Shown: piece by piece, positions 1-9,019 of the stretch
How positions within the stretch are numbered: the first letter of the stretch is position 1
How the letters are laid out: every line of letters starts with the position of its first letter
Source of the DNA: Dethiobacteria bacterium
GTDB lineage: Bacteria; Bacillota; Dethiobacteria; DTU022; UBA8154
Length of the DNA: 64,000 nucleotides
NCBI GenBank assembly: GCA_050948785.1
Contig: JBMNEM010000006.1
Span: forward strand, 164,722 to 228,721
Direction: 5' to 3'
Made by a program: the position numbers and the translations under genes
Notes under the pieces: model-generated
Databases searched by the model: none
What the model was told of the DNA's origin: nothing
The model's input: the letters and a program-made list of their open reading frames with translations, nothing else

Positions 1-214
1 GCAACTGCGATAAAAACGCCGCCGCATTTATAAAAAAAGTTGTTAAGACGGTGCCTTCTCAGCTCAAACACCCCACTTTTTCCGGTTTGATGTATTATAT
101 GTAAACAGTGGAAAAAGGTTAAAAACTATTTACTTATTTTCAATCTACGGATATGGTATAATATAGGTCGTGATCGGTCCACGCTTCCTAAAACACCATG
201 AAAGGGTGAAAAAG

Positions 215-505
215 TTGAAAATTTCCCCGGAAGAGCTCAAAAATGCTGCCTGGGACGCCAGGATTGAGTTAACAGCAATAGAGGAAAAAGAGCTGCAGGA
301 AGAGGTTCAAGATTTTTTCAACCAGGCCAAACAACTGCAGGAAATTAATTTAGAGGAGACCGCGGCGACATATTACGGCCTGGAAGGGCAAAATATCCTG
401 CGTGAAGATATTATCCGTCCCTCCCTGCCACTGGAAGCATCCATGGCAAACGCCCCGGATACAGATGAATCTTGTTTCCTGGTCCCCAGAATCATTGAAG
501 AATAG
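215..505 (+). CDS. gatC: Asp/Glu-tRNA amidotransferase subunit C
   Basis: C-terminal LRED...ANAP...FLVPRI pattern; first gene before gatA/gatB; TTG start at 215 after GGGTG chosen over ORF-track start 170. Confidence 0.85.
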   Translation: MKISPEELKNAAWDARIELTAIEEKELQEEVQDFFNQAKQLQEINLEETAATYYGLEGQNILREDIIRPSLPLEASMANAPDTDESCFLVPRIIEE

Positions 506-534
506 AAAACTCCTTAAAGAGAGGAGGTTGTTTT

Positions 535-1989
535 ATGAATCTTACCAACCTTTCTGTACAGCAGATCGCCGCCAAAATAAACGAAAAGGAATTTTCCCCG
601 GCCGAACTGGGTGCAGCGCTCTCCCGCCGCGGCACGCATGCCCAAAAAGAGCTGACCCTTTTCATCTCTTTTGATCCACAAAGTATTGCCAGGGAAATAA
701 AGAGAATCGAGCAAAATGTTCAGGTTAAAGATAATCGCCTGCTAGGCGTACCTGTAGCCCTGGCCGATAATATTTCGACAGGTGACCAAAAAACAACCTG
801 TGCCTCCCGGCTACTGGCCTCTTACCAACCGCCTTTTGAAGCCCGCGTTGTCTCCTTGTTGAAAGAAAGCGGTGCTCTTTTAACCGGTAAAACAAATCTG
901 GAGGAATTTGGCCTGGGTTGTTCCGGAGAAAGTTCTTTTTTAAACCAGGTAAAAAACCCCTGGGATAAAAAGTACACCGCGGGCAGCGGTGCCGCGGCAG
1001 CCGTAGCAAGCGGCCTTACAACCCTGGCTCTTGCTTCTGATGCGCGCGGGGAGTTAAGACAAGCAGCCTCTTATTGCGGAATCATGGCCCTAAAACCCAC
1101 TTATGGCAGAATATCCCGCAAAGGACTGATCGACTGCGCTTCCTCCCTGGAGCAGCTTGGCATTTTGGCCCGGAGGGCCTCAGATCTGGCTCTAACTTTA
1201 CAGGTTCTTGCCGGTCCGGAGGCCGATAATCCTACCACACTGCCAACAGAGGCGCCCCCTTATGCAGATTTATTGGAAAAAATTTCAGAAAAACCACGGA
1301 TCGCCGTTCCTGCATGCTGGGATGAAGCACCATACCTGGAGGATGAAGTAAAAAAGAACTTCCAGGAACAGCTTGCCAAATTGGGTAAACTCGGTTTGGA
1401 GATAAACTTCGTTACCCTTCCTCATTTTCAATATGCTTATCTCGTTGCCACTATTATTTGCGCTGTAGAAGCTTTCTCCAATTTATCCAACTTGGATGGG
1501 GTGCGTTTTGGATACAGGAAGGAAGGAAAACACCTGCAGGAAATGTATATAAAAACTCGCAGCCAGGGCTTCAGCAGTAAACTGAAAAAATTTCTCACCT
1601 TTGGAGGGCTGCTCTCCACAGCAAAATACTATCATAATTACTTCCTGCAAGGACAAAAAATGCGCAGTATAATCAAAAAAGAACTGGAAGACTGCCTACA
1701 GGAAAACGAACTGCTCCTCACGCCCACAACACCATTTAAAGCAATACCGGCCGGCAGCCCCCTGAGCGGAAAGGAACTTCCTGATCCCGCCAGCTACTAT
1801 ACAGCGGCAGCCAACCTTACCGGTTTTCCTTCTTTAAGTTTTCCGATCAATACTGGCGGGTTGCCCTATGGCCTGCAGTTTATGGCCAAAAGGGAAAATG
1901 AGGTTATTTTATTGCAAGTGGCTTCTTTACTAGAAAAAGAAGATTCCATTAAATGGCCAAAATTTGCTCTTGAATTGCAGGAGGTGTAA
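535..1989 (+). CDS. gatA: Amidotransferase subunit A, amidase signature degenerate (predicted glutaminase-dead)
   Basis: GKTN, NPWD, KPTYGRISR, DGVRFG motifs and gatC-gatA-gatB synteny; catalytic Lys and Ser positions substituted (see findings). Confidence 0.9.
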   Translation: MNLTNLSVQQIAAKINEKEFSPAELGAALSRRGTHAQKELTLFISFDPQSIAREIKRIEQNVQVKDNRLLGVPVALADNISTGDQKTTCASRLLASYQPPFEARVVSLLKESGALLTGKTNLEEFGLGCSGESSFLNQVKNPWDKKYTAGSGAAAAVASGLTTLALASDARGELRQAASYCGIMALKPTYGRISRKGLIDCASSLEQLGILARRASDLALTLQVLAGPEADNPTTLPTEAPPYADLLEKISEKPRIAVPACWDEAPYLEDEVKKNFQEQLAKLGKLGLEINFVTLPHFQYAYLVATIICAVEAFSNLSNLDGVRFGYRKEGKHLQEMYIKTRSQGFSSKLKKFLTFGGLLSTAKYYHNYFLQGQKMRSIIKKELEDCLQENELLLTPTTPFKAIPAGSPLSGKELPDPASYYTAAANLTGFPSLSFPINTGGLPYGLQFMAKRENEVILLQVASLLEKEDSIKWPKFALELQEV

Positions 1990-1992
1990 CTA

Positions 1993-3435
1993 ATGTCTGC
2001 ATTTGAAGCAGTCATCGGCCTGGAAGTACACGTTGAACTTTTAACTCAAACCAAATTGTTCTGCAGCTGCAGCACAGCTTTTGGCGCCGTCCCCAACACG
2101 CAGGTTTGTCCTGTATGCTTGGGTTTGCCGGGAGGCACCACACCGGTTTTAAACAAAAAAGCAGTGGAATACGCCATAAAAACAGCTATGACTTTAAATT
2201 GTCAGGTTGTGGAAGAGATAACCTTTGACCGTAAAAACTACTTTTACGCTGATTTGCCCAACGGTTACCAAATAACGCAACACTTCCACCCTATGGGTAG
2301 TGGCGGCTATCTGTCCATAAATTTAAAAGAAGAAACAAAAAAAATTGGCATACATCAGATTCACCTGGAAGAAGATGCCGGCAAGATGGTCCATATGGGC
2401 GATATCCTTTCCACTCCTTTCAGCCGGGTGGACTTTAACCGTGCCAGTGTACCCCTGGTGGAAATTGTCACGGAGCCCGACATACACACACCGGAAGAGG
2501 CGAGGCTTTTCCTGCAAAAACTGCGCAATACACTGCTCTATATCGGTATTTCAGATTGCAAGATGGAAGAAGGCTCCATGCGCTGCGATGCCAACATCAG
2601 CCTGCGGCCTCTGGGAAGCAAAGAACTGGGTATCAAAACAGAGCTTAAAAATATGAATTCCTTCCGCGCTGTTTATCGGGGAATTGAATATGAGATTGAA
2701 AGACAATCCAACATTCTGCAAGAGGGTGGCGAAATTATTCCGCAAACCAGACATTGGGATGAAGAAAAAGGCGCCACCAAGTCCATGCGGGATAAGCTTT
2801 CGGAAAGTTATCGTTATTTCCCTGATCCTGTCCTGCCTCCTCTTAAAATCAGTCAAAAATGGCAGGAGGAGATCCGCCGTTCCATCCCGGAACTTCCCGA
2901 CTCCCGCTACGCCAGATTTACCCGGAATTATGCCTTACCGTCCTACGATGCCGAGGTTCTGACCTCCTCCCGGGACTTGGCTGATTATTATGAGCGCGCC
3001 CTCAGCACTTATCCAGAACACAAGAATTTAAGTAATTGGATAATGAGTGAACTGCTGGGATTACTAAACGCCAACAATATGGAGATCACGGCATGCAAAG
3101 TAAAACCCCAAGAACTGGGGAACCTTTTAAAACTGATTGACAAAGGTGTGATCAGCGGAAAAATCGCCAAAGCGGTTTTCGAGGAGATGTTTGTCACAGG
3201 AGAAAAACCGGGGACAATCATCGAGAAAAAAGGGCTTACACAGATCTCCGATGAGGAAACTCTCTTCAAAATCGTGGAAGCGGTGCTCGCCGCCAATCCC
3301 GGATCAGTGGAGGATTATCATAAAGGTAAAAATAAAGCACTGGGGTTTCTTGTAGGTCAAGTGATGAAAGAAACAAAAGGTAAAGCTAACCCACAGATGG
3401 TGAATAAGCTGTTGCGGGAAAAACTGGATAATTAA
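1993..3435 (+). CDS. gatB: Asp/Glu-tRNA amidotransferase subunit B
   Basis: IGLEVHVEL, FCSC/CPVC Zn ligands, RKNYFY, HLEEDAGK, EIVTEP, RCDANIS, YRYFP, C-terminal YqeY-like domain. Confidence 0.97.
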   Translation: MSAFEAVIGLEVHVELLTQTKLFCSCSTAFGAVPNTQVCPVCLGLPGGTTPVLNKKAVEYAIKTAMTLNCQVVEEITFDRKNYFYADLPNGYQITQHFHPMGSGGYLSINLKEETKKIGIHQIHLEEDAGKMVHMGDILSTPFSRVDFNRASVPLVEIVTEPDIHTPEEARLFLQKLRNTLLYIGISDCKMEEGSMRCDANISLRPLGSKELGIKTELKNMNSFRAVYRGIEYEIERQSNILQEGGEIIPQTRHWDEEKGATKSMRDKLSESYRYFPDPVLPPLKISQKWQEEIRRSIPELPDSRYARFTRNYALPSYDAEVLTSSRDLADYYERALSTYPEHKNLSNWIMSELLGLLNANNMEITACKVKPQELGNLLKLIDKGVISGKIAKAVFEEMFVTGEKPGTIIEKKGLTQISDEETLFKIVEAVLAANPGSVEDYHKGKNKALGFLVGQVMKETKGKANPQMVNKLLREKLDN

Positions 3436-3531
3436 AACTTCCCGGTAAGCGGATTCAGCATTCAACCCGGAAATATGGCGAATTAGTGCAAACTCGCGGT
3501 GGCGAAATTTCGAGTTCGCTACAATCGGGGC

Positions 3532-3569
3532 GGACTTTCACCCCATGCTACCGCCCATGCCGGGCACAC
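3532..3569 (-). mobile_element. 5' remnant of a group IIC-like intron
   Basis: Minus strand reads GTGTGCCCGGCATGGGCGGTAGCATGGGGTGAAAGTCC, resembling the group IIC 5' end, just downstream of a hairpin (3588-3619); no RT ORF or domain V seen. Confidence 0.6.
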
Positions 3570-3731
3570 CACGTACACACGTACAGAGCCTCTGCTATCC
3601 CCGCCGGGGAAGCAGAGGCCAAAAGCCCTTACTTCACACTGTAAACAGCGAATTTGCCGTATTAACAGCTTCTACCGGCAGCACATCGCCCTGGAACCCG
3701 GGCAGCAATGACCTGAAAAAGCCTTTTTTAT

Positions 3732-3760
3732 TTGACGAAATTAAAAGCTTCAGCTATAAT
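3732..3760 (+). promoter_or_regulatory. sigma-A promoter of tRNA-Leu
   Basis: TTGACG-N17-TATAAT. Confidence 0.75.
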
Positions 3761-3816
3761 AAAAATTAAGCTTAATATATAATGCATCTTTTTTATACTT
3801 GCTTTGTTTTTTTCGT

Positions 3817-3902
3817 GCCCGAGTGTCGGAACAGGCAGACGAGACGGTCTCAAAAACCGTTGTCCTTTGGACGTGTGAGTTCGAGTCTCACCTCGGGCAC
3901 CA
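3817..3902 (+). tRNA. tRNA-Leu(CAA)
   Basis: Acceptor GCCCGAG/CTCGGGC, anticodon arm ACGGT-CTCAAAA-ACCGT, long variable arm, GTTCGAGTC T-loop, encoded CCA. Confidence 0.97.
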
Positions 3903-3916
3903 GCCATTTTAATTGG

Positions 3917-3957
3917 GGCTCACAAGGCTGGCCACCAGCTTATGGAGCCTTTTTTTA
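3917..3957 (+). terminator. Intrinsic terminator of tRNA-Leu
   Basis: GGCTC...GAGCC stem followed by T-run. Confidence 0.7.
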
Positions 3958-3962
3958 TTTAA

Positions 3963-4010
3963 ATCAACTAAAACCAACTCTCTTTTTAATTCTTCAATTC
4001 TTTTCAGCAT
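3963..4010 (-). pseudogene. Truncated copy of the 69-aa ORF at 7755-7964
   Basis: MLKRIEELKRELVLVD identical to the 7755-7964 N-terminus; homology stops at the tRNA-Leu terminator. Confidence 0.75.
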
Positions 4011-4171
4011 TTTTACCTTTGCCTTCCGGATATAAGATTGTGCATAGATTCTATATTAACAATATTTTTAAAACTCCGGGCCTTATTTCCCCCCGATAAA
4101 TCCGGGATCTTACAGCCCCCGCACACAGCCTCCACCACCCTGGCTCCGGTAAAACGCAAGCTTCATCAGCG

Positions 4172-4978
4172 TCAGCGTTGCATTTCAAGCCAATTCTTAT
4201 CCTCTTTTTCCAATTGACCCAATAAATACGGATTTAAAACCCTTAAATAGGTTCCTTTCATTCCCAAAGAATGTGTTTCTATAACCCCTGCACTTTTGAG
4301 CTTACGCAAAGCATTGACAATTACCGATCTGGTAATGTTAAGTTTATCAGCAATTTTGCTGGTCACAATCAGCCCTTCATCTGCATCCAATTCATTAAAT
4401 ACCCGTACCGCCGCTTCCAGCTCGGAATATGAAAGTGCTCCTATCGCCTGCTGCACAGTCATTTTATCCCTGATTTCTTTTTCATTTTTTTCAAACTTTA
4501 AATTTAAAATTTCTATCCCTGCAACTGTTGCCACTGTTTCCGCCAGAATTAAATCTCCGGTATCAAAACGCTTGATCGGACGGGTTAAAATTAATGTCCC
4601 CAATCTTTTATTCTGGCCTAAAATTGGAACTAAAATTGTAAATATATTTGTAAAAACACAGCTTTCTGATTGCATAAAAACACACTCATTATTTTTCTGT
4701 GTCAGGTTTATCTTGCTCCTATTTTCAATTCCATGCAACAAAGAATCTTTATAATTTTCCGGTAATTCCCCTTTTTTCAGGAAACCATCCATTAGTTCAC
4801 AGTCAAATTCATCCGTAAGCGCATACCTTAAAATTTTACCTTCGATATCAGTAATGTATACATTGGCATGGATAACATTTTTTAAAACCTCAATCGCCTC
4901 AAAAAGTTTAACCCCTTGTTCCGTTTGCAGTTTTTTACGAATAAAACGGGTTTTTTCCAGCAAAGAAGAAACAACCAA
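4172..4978 (-). CDS. codY: CodY-family transcriptional regulator, paralog 1
   Basis: LLEKTR N-terminus, GAF-like region, LSYSELEA, SKIAD..ITRSVIVNALRKL.SAGVIE..SLGMKGTY winged HTH. Confidence 0.92.
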   Translation of the reverse strand: MVVSSLLEKTRFIRKKLQTEQGVKLFEAIEVLKNVIHANVYITDIEGKILRYALTDEFDCELMDGFLKKGELPENYKDSLLHGIENRSKINLTQKNNECVFMQSESCVFTNIFTILVPILGQNKRLGTLILTRPIKRFDTGDLILAETVATVAGIEILNLKFEKNEKEIRDKMTVQQAIGALSYSELEAAVRVFNELDADEGLIVTSKIADKLNITRSVIVNALRKLKSAGVIETHSLGMKGTYLRVLNPYLLGQLEKEDKNWLEMQR

Positions 4979-5020
4979 CGCTGATCACCTCACTTATACT
5001 TATATTATGGTCCCCATTTA

Positions 5021-5049
5021 AAGATAAAGGAGCCTCCCCTTTTTGTCAA
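5021..5049 (-). promoter_or_regulatory. sigma-A promoter of codY paralog 1
   Basis: TTGACA-N17-TATCTT, conserved at 8910-8938, lying inside an inverted repeat (~5029-5084). Confidence 0.6.
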
Positions 5050-5127
5050 GGACACTGGAGATGAAAACAAAAAACGGAGGCCCCTATGACAAATTAAAGG
5101 TCTATTTCTTGACAGATGATTGCAAAA

Positions 5128-6711
5128 TTAATCTACCTTCTCTCCTACTTTGCGCAATTTAAACCGCTGTATTTTTCCGGTTGCGCTTTTAGGCAGTTCA
5201 GATACGATTTCCACCCAACGGGGATATTTAAACTTGGCCAGCCGGTCCAGTGCCCACTTCTTGAGCTCATCCACTAATTCTTCCGAACCTTTAAACCCTT
5301 CCTTAAGCACAACAAAAGCCTTGGGTTTAATTAAATTCTTATGGTCAGGATGCCCGATCACTGCACATTCCAGCACCGCGGGATGCTCGATCAAACAGCC
5401 CTCCACTTCGACCGGCGACACCCAAATCCCGCCCACTTTCAGCATATCATCGCCTCTCCCCGCGCAATGGTAATAGCCATCCCCATCCACATAATAGGTA
5501 TCCCCGGTATCAAGCCATTCACCTTTCATTGTCGAGCGGGTTTTTTCCACCTTGCGCCAATAATTCTGGGCAGCACTGCGTCCTTTCACCAGCAAGGTTC
5601 CAATTTCCCCCTTCGGAACCTCCTGCCCTTCGTCATCAACGATTTTCAACTCATACCCGGGAACCGGTTTTCCGGAGGCACCCGGTTTGATATCATCAGG
5701 CCGGTTGGAAATATAGATATGCAGCATCTCTGTAGAACCAATGCCGTCTAAAATATCAATACCAAAGCGTTCCTTCCAGCGGCGGAGGATATCCACAGGC
5801 AAGGCCTCTCCTGCCGAAAAACACAATCTCACAGAAGAAAGCTCGTGAACGTTGGGATCCGACTTTGCACCCTTTTCCTTTTCCTGGCGTTCCTTATATT
5901 CAAGCATCTGCCCGTACAAGGTGGGTACACCAAAAAAGACTGTGGGACGAAAGCGTTCAATGTGGCCAAATACGCTTTCGGGAGTCGGACGTGCACTGTT
6001 TAAAACCACCGAGCCACCCACTGCCATGGGGAAAAACAAACTGTTACCGATACCGTAAGCAAAAAACAACCTTGCTGCTGAGAAGCAGATATCATTTTCA
6101 TTCAGCCCCAATACTCCCTTGGCAAAGTTCTCGGAGGCGACTAACGGGCTTTCCATGCAGTGCACAGCACCCTTCGGGGGGCCTGTCGAACCTGAACTGT
6201 AAATCCAGAACCCCACGTCATCCTTAGTTGTAAATTCAGTCTCTAAAATGGGGGAAGCGTTCTTGACTTTTTGCCTAAAAGGGATCTGTGGTTCATCATC
6301 CGCGACGACAATCATATCCCGGAGATAAAGAAGTTCCCCTTTAATATCATTAATAAGCGGCACCAAGTCTTCAGATATAACCAGTGCCTTGGCCCTGCTG
6401 TCGTTAAGTAAGTATTCATAATCACTGGGCGTAAGCATTGTATTGATCGGAATTGGTATGGCACCGATCTTCATTGCACCAAAGAACATCACAATAAATT
6501 GGGGTTCATCCAGCATCAATAACATAATCCGGTCATCAATGCCCAAGCCCATTTCGCGGAAGGCATTACCGGTTTTATTGGCCATTTCCTGAATCTCATT
6601 GTAAGTATAATTGCGCCTATCGGTATAAATGGCAACTTTATGGCCTCGTCCCTGCCGAATATTTCGATCCAAAAAATAATCCGCCGCATTAAAAAATGGT
6701 TGATCTCTCAT
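5128..6711 (-). CDS. Benzoate-CoA ligase family protein, paralog 1
   Basis: FNAA, YSSGSTG.PKG, SAARLFFAYG.GN, SAGEALP, DGIGSTEMLHI, PKSATGKIQRFKLR; ATG at 6711 after GGGGG. Confidence 0.92.
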   Translation of the reverse strand: MRDQPFFNAADYFLDRNIRQGRGHKVAIYTDRRNYTYNEIQEMANKTGNAFREMGLGIDDRIMLLMLDEPQFIVMFFGAMKIGAIPIPINTMLTPSDYEYLLNDSRAKALVISEDLVPLINDIKGELLYLRDMIVVADDEPQIPFRQKVKNASPILETEFTTKDDVGFWIYSSGSTGPPKGAVHCMESPLVASENFAKGVLGLNENDICFSAARLFFAYGIGNSLFFPMAVGGSVVLNSARPTPESVFGHIERFRPTVFFGVPTLYGQMLEYKERQEKEKGAKSDPNVHELSSVRLCFSAGEALPVDILRRWKERFGIDILDGIGSTEMLHIYISNRPDDIKPGASGKPVPGYELKIVDDEGQEVPKGEIGTLLVKGRSAAQNYWRKVEKTRSTMKGEWLDTGDTYYVDGDGYYHCAGRGDDMLKVGGIWVSPVEVEGCLIEHPAVLECAVIGHPDHKNLIKPKAFVVLKEGFKGSEELVDELKKWALDRLAKFKYPRWVEIVSELPKSATGKIQRFKLRKVGEKVD

Positions 6712-6990
6712 TATATATCCCCCCACTGAATTAATTTTAATACGCTAATTTGCCATGATAAACCATGATAGCTGGCACTTCCAAAACAATTTCCGCGAAT
6801 ATTAACTAATTATCTTATAAAATCTACATTATTCTACCTCCTTTATACTGGGTGGGTTCCTTGCCAAGATGTGCTTCGAGAAATTTCAAAATCATTTTTT
6901 CGTAAAGTTGCTGGAAAAAGGTTTCTTTGTGTAAAAAAATGTACTGCTTAAAAGAATTGAAAGAGTCCCACTTCTTTTATTATTATATCA

Positions 6991-7006
6991 TGCAAGATAA
7001 GTGCCA
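6991..7006 (-). promoter_or_regulatory. sigma54 (-24/-12) promoter of ligase 1
   Basis: TGGCAC-TTATC-TTGCA; conserved in the second copy. Confidence 0.85.
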
Positions 7007-7104
7007 CTAAAGTGCATTTACCCTTCCAAGTGTGATAGGAGCGGAACATAAGGGAACCCTCAAGGTCGTGCTTGACCCTGGAAAATATTTGGAAACCAAG
7101 TCAT

Positions 7105-7135
7105 TTTTGAAACTTATTTTAAGATAATTGCAAAA
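7105..7135. promoter_or_regulatory. Candidate enhancer (UAS) for the sigma54 activator
   Basis: Imperfect palindrome TTTTGAAACTTATTTTAAGATAATTGCAAAA about 100 bp upstream of -24; conserved at 11017-11047. Confidence 0.55.
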
Positions 7136-7279
7136 TTCAAATGTATAATAATGTTATATATTCGTGCTTCCTTGGGTTTTTTGGGGCTTCTTGGTACAAA
7201 AACTTATTTTTTCAGGCAAAGGGGTGTTTGGGTTTCGACAAAACAAGCCAGGCATAGGACGGTGCCGGGCACACAACAT

Positions 7280-7304
7280 AAAAAAGCAGCTCCTGGCGGA
7301 GCTG
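7280..7304 (-). terminator. Intrinsic terminator
   Basis: CAGCTCC-GCCA-GGAGCTG then CTTTTTT on minus strand; second copy at 11252-11276. Confidence 0.75.
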
Positions 7305-7378
7305 TCTTGGTTATCAACAGCCAAAATGGTAACAAGTTTTCCACACTTTTCCCGGAGATTCTGGCATTAAACAAATTG

Positions 7379-7417
7379 CTACTCTCTCAATCTTCTGGAA
7401 ATGCTGGAAAAGCTGAT
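7379..7417 (-). pseudogene. C-terminal remnant of a second sigma54 activator
   Basis: Translates ISFSSISRRLRE*, matching ISFSSLSRKLKG* of 11401-12801; both followed by shared GTTTAATGCCAG. Confidence 0.7.
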
Positions 7418-7754
7418 GGGTTCCGTAAGGCTGGGCACAGTTTCGGGAATCCTTATTTATTTGGGAATTATAGAGAACGAAATGCTGTAAAATTTTGCAG
7501 CGATGGGGCGTTCTGAGGACTGACCAAAAAATCCTAAAAAATCGGGAGGGAACCCTCAAACAATAGCTTTAAAGAGAAGGGGAAACCTGCTAAATTTGTT
7601 CTATTTATCAAATTGTAATCTTTTAAAGAAGTTTTGGGATAAATCAACCATACCTACTCCGGCAAACTTTCCCGCCAGGTTGTACATCTTCCCAAAAACC
7701 AGTTATTCAATATTCATTATAAATTCCATGAATTTTCTGGTTGGGTTTCCTTAA

Positions 7755-7964
7755 CTACTCCCCACTCATTTTCACGATACTGATAAAAGAGTTCCTGGCA
7801 ATTCTTTCTTTCTTACGATGTAGTTTTCCTGTTTCTGCAACCATCTTCTTCTCTATACCGTGATCAAGTGTTTTTTCAATTTCAGAAAACTCCCTTAAAA
7901 TCTTGGAAAGTTTAACATCAACTAAAACCAACTCTCTTTTTAATTCTTCAATTCTTTTCAGCAT
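7755..7964 (-). CDS. Small helical/coiled-coil hypothetical protein
   Basis: 69-aa ORF with AGGT RBS downstream of codY paralog 2; N-terminus also retained in copy 1. Confidence 0.55.
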   Translation of the reverse strand: MLKRIEELKRELVLVDVKLSKILREFSEIEKTLDHGIEKKMVAETGKLHRKKERIARNSFISIVKMSGE

Positions 7965-8064
7965 TTTTTACCTTTAACCTCCCGGATAAAAGATTGCGCA
8001 TAAATTCCTTGTTACCAGCCTCCGCCACCTTCGTTCCGGTAAAACGCAAGCTTCATTATCAGCG

Positions 8065-8871
8065 TCAGCGTTGCATCTCAAGCCAATGCTTATCCTCTTT
8101 TTCCAATTGATCCAATAAATACGGATTTAAAACCCTTAAATAGGTTCCTTTCATTCCCAAAGAATGAGTTTCTATGACCCCCGCACTTTTGAGCTTACGC
8201 AAAGCATTGACAATTACCGATCTGGTAATATTAAGTTTATCAGCAATTTTGCTGGTCACAATCAGCCCTTCGTCTGTATCCAATTCATTAAATACCCGTA
8301 CCGCTGCTTCCAGCTCGGAATATGAAAGTGCTCCTATCGCCTGCTGCACAGTCATTTTATTCCTAATTTTTTTTTCAATCTTTTCAGACTTTGAATTTAA
8401 AATTGCCATTCCTGAAACTGTTGCCACTGTTTCCGCCAGAATTAAATCTCCGGTATCAAAGGGCTTGATCAGACGGGTTAAAATTAATGTCCCCAATCTT
8501 TTATCCTGGCCTAAAATTGGAACTAAAGTTGTAAATATATTTGTAAAAACACAGCTTTCTGATTGCATAAAAACACACTCATTATTTTTCTGGGTCAGAT
8601 TTATCTTGCTCCTATTTTCAATTCCATGCAACAAATAATCTTTACAGTCTTCCGGAAATTCCCCTTTTTTCAGAAAACCATCCATTAGTTCACAGTAAAA
8701 TTCATCTACAAGCGCATATTTTAAAATTTTACCTTCGGTATCAGTAATGTATACATTGGCATGGATAACATTCTTTAAAACCTCAATCACCTCAAAAAGC
8801 TTAACCCCTTGTTCCGTTTGCAGGGTTTTACGAATAAAACGGGTTTTTTCCAGCAAAGAAGAAACAATCAA
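8065..8871 (-). CDS. codY: CodY-family transcriptional regulator, paralog 2
   Basis: Same motifs as 4172-4978, 268 aa, highly similar. Confidence 0.92.
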   Translation of the reverse strand: MIVSSLLEKTRFIRKTLQTEQGVKLFEVIEVLKNVIHANVYITDTEGKILKYALVDEFYCELMDGFLKKGEFPEDCKDYLLHGIENRSKINLTQKNNECVFMQSESCVFTNIFTTLVPILGQDKRLGTLILTRLIKPFDTGDLILAETVATVSGMAILNSKSEKIEKKIRNKMTVQQAIGALSYSELEAAVRVFNELDTDEGLIVTSKIADKLNITRSVIVNALRKLKSAGVIETHSLGMKGTYLRVLNPYLLDQLEKEDKHWLEMQR

Positions 8872-8909
8872 CGCTTATCACCTCACTTATACCTTATGGT
8901 CATATTTAA

Positions 8910-8938
8910 AAGATAAAGGGGCCTCCCTTTTTTGTCAA
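8910..8938 (-). promoter_or_regulatory. sigma-A promoter of codY paralog 2
   Basis: TTGACA-N17-TATCTT. Confidence 0.6.
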
Positions 8939-9019
8939 AGGCACTGGAGAGGAAAACAAAAAAACGGAGGCCCCATGACAAATTTAGAAGAACTTTCGGC
9001 TAGTGCCGCCTAACAAAGT

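Noticed and set aside
3782-4099. 105-aa ORF over tRNA-Leu
   Set aside because: Overlaps the tRNA and its terminator; no protein features
6788-6803. CodY box in the ligase leader
   Set aside because: Too many mismatches to AATTTTCWGAAAATT in an AT-rich background
6813-6829. Pyrrolysine read-through of the ATG-TAG
   Set aside because: TAA follows two codons later, so read-through gives only 4 residues
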